In this document: in pieces, positions 56,751 through 64,000 of the stretch
Layout of the letters: each line of letters opens with the position of its first letter
Numbering within the stretch: the first letter of the stretch is position 1
DNA from: Eledone cirrhosa
Lineage: Eukaryota
Assembly: GCA_964016885.1 (NCBI GenBank)
Contig: OZ024765.1
Location: forward strand, 2,604,001 to 2,668,000
Direction: 5' to 3'
Length of the DNA stretch: 64,000 nucleotides
The notes under the pieces: model-generated
The model's database searches: none
Told to the model about the DNA's origin: nothing
Seen by the model: the letters and a program-made list of their open reading frames with translations, nothing else
Translations under genes and position numbers: made by a program

Positions 56751-57243
56751 ACTTCACAAAAGTTCTTACATAAAATTATGATGGAAGGTTTTTAGATAAA
56801 TATAAACACTTTAAACCTTTCATTACCATATTTCTAATGAAAGACACTGTCTCATTAACCTGGTGTTTGGAACATAACTTAACAAAGGTTCTTACATAAA
56901 ATTATGATGGAAGGTTTTCAGATAAATATAAACACTTTAACCCTTACATTACCATATTTCCAGAGAAAGACACTGTCTATGGTTTCTAAATAATTTTGAA
57001 AATAATCAAAATTTTAAGGGATTTATTAATATTATTAATATAACTAACTTTCTCAGTATTAGGGTGGTGTTTGGAACATAACTTAATAAATTATGAGGGA
57101 AGGTTTATCGATACATATAAACACATATAAACACAAGACTCTCCCTGGATAGGTCGCCAGTCTATCACAGGTTAACTCCCCACCTACTGATGTTACACAA
57201 AATAAAATTAATTTATTTAAATTTCTATCCCTTATTTTTTCAG

Positions 57244-57324
57244 GTAATGCTTCAACAGTTTAATGCTAAAAACGCACAGTTTCGAATATTGCCACAATAC
57301 AAAGTGAAATCGGAAGGTGAAGTG
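57244..57324 (+). CDS. ITPR: IP3 receptor-like exon (VMLQQFNAKNAQFRILPQYKVKSEGEV)
   Basis: Acceptor ttattttttcag, donor GTG|gtaagt; 81 nt, phase 0/0. FRILPQYKVKSEGEV matches IP3R FYIQPFYKLRSIGDSV. Confidence 0.92.
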
Positions 57325-58019
57325 GTAAGTTACTTCTTAAAGTGTTTTTCTGTCTATCCCGGGTGTTTAACCCTTTAGCATTTACATTACTGTATATTTA
57401 CTATAAAGCGATGAATTGTCAGAGTCTTTAGAACATCAGATAGAATGCTTTATGCTATTTATTCCGGCTCTCTGAGTTCAAATTCCACCGAGGTCAACTT
57501 TGCCTTTCATCCTTTCGAGGTCGATGGAGGAGAGATAGAGGAAGAAACAACCTCAGTACATTACTGGTACTTTTTGTATCGACCTCGAAAGGATAAAAGA
57601 CAAAGTTGACCTCGGTGGAATTTGAACTCAGAGAGCAGAAAGCTGGAATGGATACTGTAAAGTATTCTGATGTTCTAAAGACTCTGACAATTCGCCACCT
57701 GTAATATATAAATAACTTACTATTAAAACAAGAAATACAATAAAATAAAATACAATAAAGTACTGTACAATACAATACAGTAAGTCACACACAAATAAAA
57801 GTGGTGGTGTTATGAATAAATAACTGAAGACAACATCAGAAGCCTGTTTACTACAAGTGATGTTACAATAAGCTATTGATTGGTATTGATTGGTATTTTA
57901 CACCTGTATGGTCAATCAGTTAGACAGACAGACTGACAGTTACCTTCATAGTTAGACAGCAACTTTCCCAGACAGCTACCTAGCTGGCCAAACAACCAGC
58001 CAGATAAACAGATAGATAA

Positions 58020-58099
<80 letters not shown>

Positions 58100-58179
58100 T
58101 TACCTTCATAGTTAGACAGTAGCTTACCCAGACAGCTACCTAGCTGGCCAAACAACCAGCCAGATAAACAGATAGATAA

Positions 58180-58243
<64 letters not shown>

Positions 58244-58784
58244 TTACCTTCATAGTTAGACAGTAGCTTACCCAGACAGCTACCTAGCTGGCCAAACAAC
58301 CAGCCAGGTAAAAACCTATACATCAACCCAGCCAACCAGTCAGATATTTAGCCACATGGCCCGCTACCAAACTCTCCAGCCACACACCCAGTCAGCCACC
58401 CAGAAACCCACCCAACTACATAGACAGCTATATACAACATCCACTCATCTCCTAAACCAGCCACATACCCAGTCAGCCACCCAGAAACCCACCCAACTAC
58501 ATAGACAGCCATATACAACATCCACTCATCTCCTAAGCCAGCCACACACCAAGTCAGCCACCCAGCAAGTCACATACCCAGTCAGTCAGTCACGCAGGCA
58601 ATCAGACAACTTACACTAACCCCCACCCCACCATCACTACCCCACCACCACCCTCTACTGTACAAACAGAATGAACTCTGTCATATTTAACATGTAGAAG
58701 TAACAGCTTGATTAACTGGAAAGGAAACTATTTGGCTCGGCTTCCATGTTTTATTGTTTTTTTTGACATTTTTTTTTTTATGTA

Positions 58785-61135
58785 TCGTGAACGACCAAGC
58801 ATGGATGTGTTGAGAGAGAAACTGGGTATAAGAGGGATAAGTTGTAGTGTGTGGGAGAGGAGACTAAGATGGTATGGACATGTGATGTGTTGAGAGAGAA
58901 ACTGGGTATAAGAGGGATAAGTTGTGGTGTGCGGGAGAGGAGACTAAGATGGTATGGACATGTGATGTGTTCAGAGAAAAACTGGGTATAAGAGGGATAA
59001 GTTGTAGTGTGTGGGAGAGAAGGCTGAGATGGTATGGACATGTGATGAGTTGAGAGAGAAACTGGGTATAAGAGGGATAAGCTATAGAGTGCGGGAGAGA
59101 AGACTGAGATGGTATGGACATGTGATGTGTTGAGAGAGAAACTGGGTATAAGAGGAATAAGTTGTGGTGTGTGGGAGAGAAGACTAAGATGGTATGGACA
59201 TGTGATGAGTTGAGAGAGAAACTGGGTATAAGAGGGATAAGTTATAGTGTGCGGGAGAGAAGACTGAGATGGTATGGACATGTGATGTGTTGAGAGAGAA
59301 ACTGGGTATAAGAGGAATAAGTTGTGGTGTGTGGGAGAGAAGACTCAGATGGTATGGACATGTGATGTGTTGAGAGAGAAACTGGTTATAAGAGGAATAA
59401 GTTGTGGTGTGTGGGAGAGAAGACTCAGATGGTATGGACATGTGATGTGTTGAGAGAGAAACTGGGTATAAGAGGAATAAGTTGTGGTGTGTGGGAGAGA
59501 AGACTGAGATGGTATGGACATGTGATGTGTTGAGAGAGAAACTGGGTATAAGAGGAATAAGTTGTGGTGTGTGGGAGAGAAGGCTGAGATGGTATGGACA
59601 TGTGATGAGTTGAGAGAGAAACTGGGTATAAGAGGAATAAGTTGTGGTGTGTGGGAGAGAAGACTCAGATGGTATGGACATGTGATGTGTTGAGAGAGAA
59701 ACTGGGTATAAGAGGAATAAGTTGTGGTGTGTGGGAGAGAAGGCTGAGATGGTATGGACATGTGATGAGTTGAGAGAGAAACTGGGTATAAGAGGAATAA
59801 GTTGTGGTGTGTGGGAGAGAAGGCTGAGATGGTATGGACATGTGATGAGTTGAGAGAGAAACTGGGTATAAGAGGAATAAGTTGTGGTGTGTGGGAGAGA
59901 AGACTGAGATGGTATGGACATGTGATGAGTTGAGAGAGAAACTGGGTATAAGAGGAATAAGTTGTGGTGTGTGGGAGAGAAGACTCAGATGGTATGGACA
60001 TGTGATGTGTTGAGAGAGAAACTGGGTATAAGAGGAATAAGTTGTGGTGTGTGGGAGAGAAGACTGAGATGGTATGGACATGTGATGTGTTGAGAGAGAA
60101 ACTGGGTATAAGAGGAATAAGTTGTGGTGTGTGGGAGAGAAGGCTGAGATGGTATGGACATGTGATGAGTTGAGAGAGAAACTGGGTATAAGAGGGATAA
60201 GTTATAGTGTGCGGGAGAGAAGACTGAGATGGTATGGACATGTGATGTGTTGAGAGAGAAACTGGGTATAAGAGGAATAAGTTGTGGTGTGTGGGAGAGA
60301 AGACTCAGATGGTATGGACATGTGATGTGTTGAGAGAGAAACTGGGTATAAGAGGAATAAGTTGTGGTGTGCGGCAGAGGAGACTAAGATGGTATGGACA
60401 TGTGATGTGTTGAGAGAGAAACTGGGTATAAGAGGGATAAGTTGTGGTGTGCGGGAGAGGAGACTAAGATGGTATGGACATGTGATGTGTTGAGAGAGAA
60501 ACTGGGTATAAGAGGGATAAGTTGTAGTGTGCGGGAGAGGAGATTAAGATGGTATGGACATGTGATGTGTTGAGAGAGAAACTGTATAAGAGGGATAAGT
60601 TGTGGTGTGTGGGAGAGGAGACTAAGATGGTATGGACATGTGATGTGTGGAGAGAGAAACTGTATAAGAGGGATAAGTTGTGGTGTGTGGGAGAGGAGAC
60701 TAAGATGGTATGGACATGTGATGTGTTGAGAGAGAAACTGTATAAGAGGAATAAGTTGTGGTGTGCGGGAGAGGAGACTAAGATGGTATGGACATGTGAT
60801 GTGTTGAGAGAGAAACTGGGTATAAGAGGGATAAGTTGTGGTGTGTGGGAGAGAAGACTGAGATGGTATGGACATGTGATGTACATGGAGGATGACCGCT
60901 GGGTAAAGAAGTGCCAAGAAATCCCAGTAGAAGGAAGACGTAGTAGAGGTAGACCATGAAAAACATGGGCAGAGATGGTGAGAGCAGACCTCAGATTGCT
61001 GAAGCTCACAGAGAAGATGACGAAGGTCCGTGACAAGTGGAGAGATGCTATGCTGAATAGGACCCACCCCACCCTTGCAAGCAGGGAAAAGCGGACATAA
61101 AATGATGATGATGATCATCATCATCATCATCATCA
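58785..61135 (+). mobile_element. RTE LINE 3' end containing ~26 tandem copies of an 80-bp unit
   Basis: Unit TTGAGAGAGAAACTGGGTATAAGAGG..GATGGTATGGACATGTGATG repeated ~58805-60880, then the normal RTE 3' end and (ATG)n tail. Confidence 0.9.
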
Positions 61136-61490
61136 TGGCTGCAACTTGATTTTCTGTAATGCCATCACTTGATACTTAAGCATGAGCATCACGTATGTGG
61201 CTTTTAGTCCTGCTAGGGACTTGCCTATGGCCAGCAATACCATACATCACAAAAGAAATGTCACATATCAAGCGATGCCTGTGCTTGAAGCTTTTTTAAG
61301 TGAGGAAAGGCTTTGCATGGAGCCAATCCCACTCTCTGAACATCGAATGTATGTACCCAAAAAGAAGGACTGGTCTACATCATTCGATGCAAACGAAATC
61401 ACATGTTTTATATCAGAGTGACCTTCTCCTAGAGAGATGTCTTAATGAAGACTAGGGGTCTCTCGCACCACAGAAAAAAAAAATACTTTA

Positions 61491-62110
61491 TTGGATATCA
61501 AGTATCTCGGGGTTGTGTTCACGAGTGATGGAAGGCAGGAGGCTGAATTAAGTGCAAGAATTACAGGAGCTGGTGCAGTAATGTGCCAGCTTCAGCATTC
61601 GGTAGTCAGAAGAAGGGAGGTAGCTGTAAAAGACAAACTCGCTATCTTCAATTTGGTATTCAGGCCAACTCTTACCTATGGTCATGAATCTTGGGTAATG
61701 ACCGAAAGAATATGATCGCGAATACCAGCAGCCAAAATGTGATCCCCCGAGGGGTCTTTGGAGTAACCATAATCTAACCACATGTCCATAGTATCAGAGC
61801 TGTGATCTCTCAATTCAGAGAAGTAGCAGCTCTACCTGGAGTGACTCTCTGATCTCTGAGTTACAAATCTGTCCAGTGATTCTTTCCTGAGACATTCTAA
61901 CCACATGTCCATAGTATCAGAGTTGTGATCTCTCAATTCAGAGAAGTAGTGGCTCTACCTGGAGTGACTCTCTGGTCTCCGAGCTACAAATATGTCCAGT
62001 GATTCTTTCCTGAGACATTCTAACTACATGTCCATAGTATCAGAGTTGTGATCTCTCAATTCAGAGAAGTAGTGGCTCTACCTGGAGTGACTCTCTGATC
62101 TCTGAGCTAC
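61491..62110. mobile_element. Expander/Rex3-like RTE fragment: + strand ORF2 piece 61491-61770 fused to an inverted, tandemly repeated downstream piece 61773-62110
   Basis: KYLGVVFTSDGRQEAELSARI..FRPTLTYGHESWVMTERI; the minus-strand units match the 42030-43260 array. Confidence 0.78.
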
Positions 62111-62212
62111 ACATTCTATCAAGTAATGTTACAACAAAGACCCTTGTTTCTTTGTTTGCAATTGAAATATTCTTCTACGTGTTAATAATGGTTTCTATGT
62201 CTACTCCTACAG

Positions 62213-62310
62213 GTACAAATCTACGATCAAATTGTTTTCGAGAGTATAAAATCACCTGGCCACTATTTTCATGCCAGCCAATCTTTTCAAATTGACCACT
62301 TCACACTTGG
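62213..62310 (+). CDS. ITPR: IP3 receptor-like exon (VQIYDQIVFESIKSPGHYFHASQSFQIDHFTLG)
   Basis: Acceptor ctactcctacag, donor GG|gtgagt; 98 nt, phase 0 to 2. Resembles IP3R [20 protein letters not shown]. Not in the ORF track. Confidence 0.9.
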
Positions 62311-63277
62311 GTGAGTAATATTTATTATATGTAACCAGTACAGTGATGTAGTATGGAAATATGGAGCTAGTGTGACCCCCCCCCCCATGTCAGTGGGGGG
62401 ATATGGTGGTAAAATATGGCACTTTGAAGCTAGGGTGCCGCAGTATTGCACAGCGGAGCTAGGGTGGCACACTATTGTACTAGGCTGCAGCTGATTTATG
62501 TTCTTTGGGGTATAAATTATACCCAACACATTGACGGCATTTTGCTGTTTTAACAGCTTCCTTACGCTGAGTTTTCCCATTCAAACTCGATGTTTATATA
62601 ATATATAGCTATTTACAATATGTTTGTATATATGGACCCATAACTGTTGAGTGTCATAGAGAGACCATATTAACATACGGCATTTCTAGGGAATTTTTAA
62701 ATGCTGTCTTTAACGACTGTTCTAGTGGTGGCACTTATATTACCAGACCTGATCAGTGGCACTTAAGTTATTAGAACTGATTGGTGGAGCTTGTATTGCA
62801 ATTGGTTAGTGCTACTTGTGTTAGAGCCATATGGTGCTACTTGTGTTAGAGCCATATGGTGGTACTTGTGTTAGAGCCATATGGTGGTACTTGTGTTAGA
62901 GCCATATGGTGGTACTTGTATTATAAAAGCACTTTGGCAGCACTTGTGTTTGTAGAGCTCATTGACGGCACTTCAGTTAAATTTGATTGGTTATAGAAGA
63001 TAATAAGCAGAAGATAATAAACAGAAAAAATAGATAGTAGTGTTAATAGTAGTAAGAAGGGAAGGGAGTCAGCTATATATGTCTTTGTAGTTTCTTGACG
63101 ATGGAGTTGGTGGTAAAATAAGTTTTAATGGCTTACAATTGTTTCAGAAACCATATCATACAAATGAAAATTATCGATTATATAATTGATAAGAGCAAAT
63201 GATAATATAACTAAACAAAGATACGATCACATCTTCAGAACCAAAAAGAAAATAAACATAAAATTCAATATATATAT

Positions 63278-63593
63278 GGAGGCACATGGCTTAGTGGTTA
63301 GAGCATTGGCCTTGCAATCGAAAGATTTTGAGTTCAATTCTCAGATTGGGTGATGTGTTGTTTCCTTGAGCAAGACACCTTATTTCACATTGCTCCAGTT
63401 TACTCAGCTGTAGAAATGAGATGATAGGGACTGGGGTCCCTATCATTCCACTGCAAAGTGGTCGTGAGGGTGCCACGGCAAAGTTGGTGTTAGGTTGGTG
63501 TTAGGTTGGTGTTAGGAAGGGCATCCAGCTGTAGAAATCAAGCCAGAATCAGTTCCCGTCCCACCCTTGCAAGCAGGGAAAAGTGGATGTAAA

Positions 63594-63630
<37 letters not shown>
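63278..63630 (+). mobile_element. Full-length tRNA-headed SINE with Meta-like core and RTE-derived 3' tail; copies ~35828-36160 (-), 7545-7820, 38971-39245
   Basis: A box TGGCTTAGTGG, B box GAGTTCAATTC, core TCCTTGAGCAAGACAC; tail CCCACCCTTGCAAGCAGGGAAAAG..TAAAATGATG essentially identical to the RTE 3' ends in this window. Confidence 0.85.
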
Positions 63631-63631
<1 letters not shown>

Positions 63632-63686
63632 ATATATATATATATATATATAAATAATGTATGTTTTATATTTTTCTACTGTTCAG

Positions 63687-63774
63687 ATCTGAAATAAACC
63701 TGGGTGTTGAAAGATCAGGGTTCACACTCGTCAGGTATGCAAAGGAAAATCCAGAACTCACACATTTTGTTAGG
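63687..63774 (+). CDS. ITPR: IP3 receptor-like exon (SEINLGVERSGFTLVRYAKENPELTHFVR); gene continues beyond the window
   Basis: Acceptor tttttctactgttcag, donor AGG|gtaagt; 88 nt, phase 2 to 0. Completes the Gly codon GG+A. Resembles IP3R EVNSVNCNTSWKIVLF..LKG. Confidence 0.88.
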
Positions 63775-64000
63775 GTAAGTATTTCTATATTATTACAGCA
63801 TTGGCAGAATCAGTAGAGCGTCAAACACCATGCTTCGTATCATTTTACTTCAATAAAATGAAGTACCAGTAACGTACTTTCCGCTTCCCTTCAAATTGTT
63901 GGCCTTGTGCCAGAAGTAGAAACAATATTATCATTATCATCATCATCATCATCATCATCATATGTATTTCTTGTACTCTGGCAGATGTTATAAATGTTGC

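Noticed and set aside
61182-61421. 79-aa ORF as an extra host exon
   Set aside because: No IP3R similarity, and the flanking exons already join collinearly without it.
63135-63170. Minus-strand GAAAC-AATT-GTA minimal stem III
   Set aside because: The upstream core and stem I are not recognisable.
63278-63350. tRNA gene
   Set aside because: A and B boxes are present, but it is a SINE head continuing into core and tail with no complete cloverleaf.

Overview
AT-rich eukaryotic DNA dense in microsatellites. The repeat repertoire (Nin/Deu-domain and Meta-like tRNA SINEs, RTE and CR1 LINE 3' ends, (TA)n/(CA)n/(GGT)n tracts) suggests a coleoid cephalopod, most likely Octopus; this is an inference. 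The only host gene I can support is on the + strand. It has seven small, phase-compatible coding exons (35266-63774) encoding the N-terminal suppressor/MIR region of a divergent inositol 1,4,5-trisphosphate receptor-like channel. I did not find its ATG exon, and the gene continues past the right edge. Nearly all listed ORFs are simple-repeat artefacts. The main hidden signal is about ten well-formed type I hammerhead ribozyme motifs from at least five unrelated sequence families, plus several decayed ones, read by eye. They show stem covariation between copies and often sit in inverted-repeat insertions typical of Penelope-like elements. Several are in sense orientation relative to the ITPR-like pre-mRNA. 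Other notable structure: repeated tandem amplification of the same RLRWYGHV-coding segment of RTE LINEs, inverted LINE junctions, and SINE/MITE inverted repeats next to exons. Repeat boundaries are approximate; exon and ribozyme coordinates were counted by hand.
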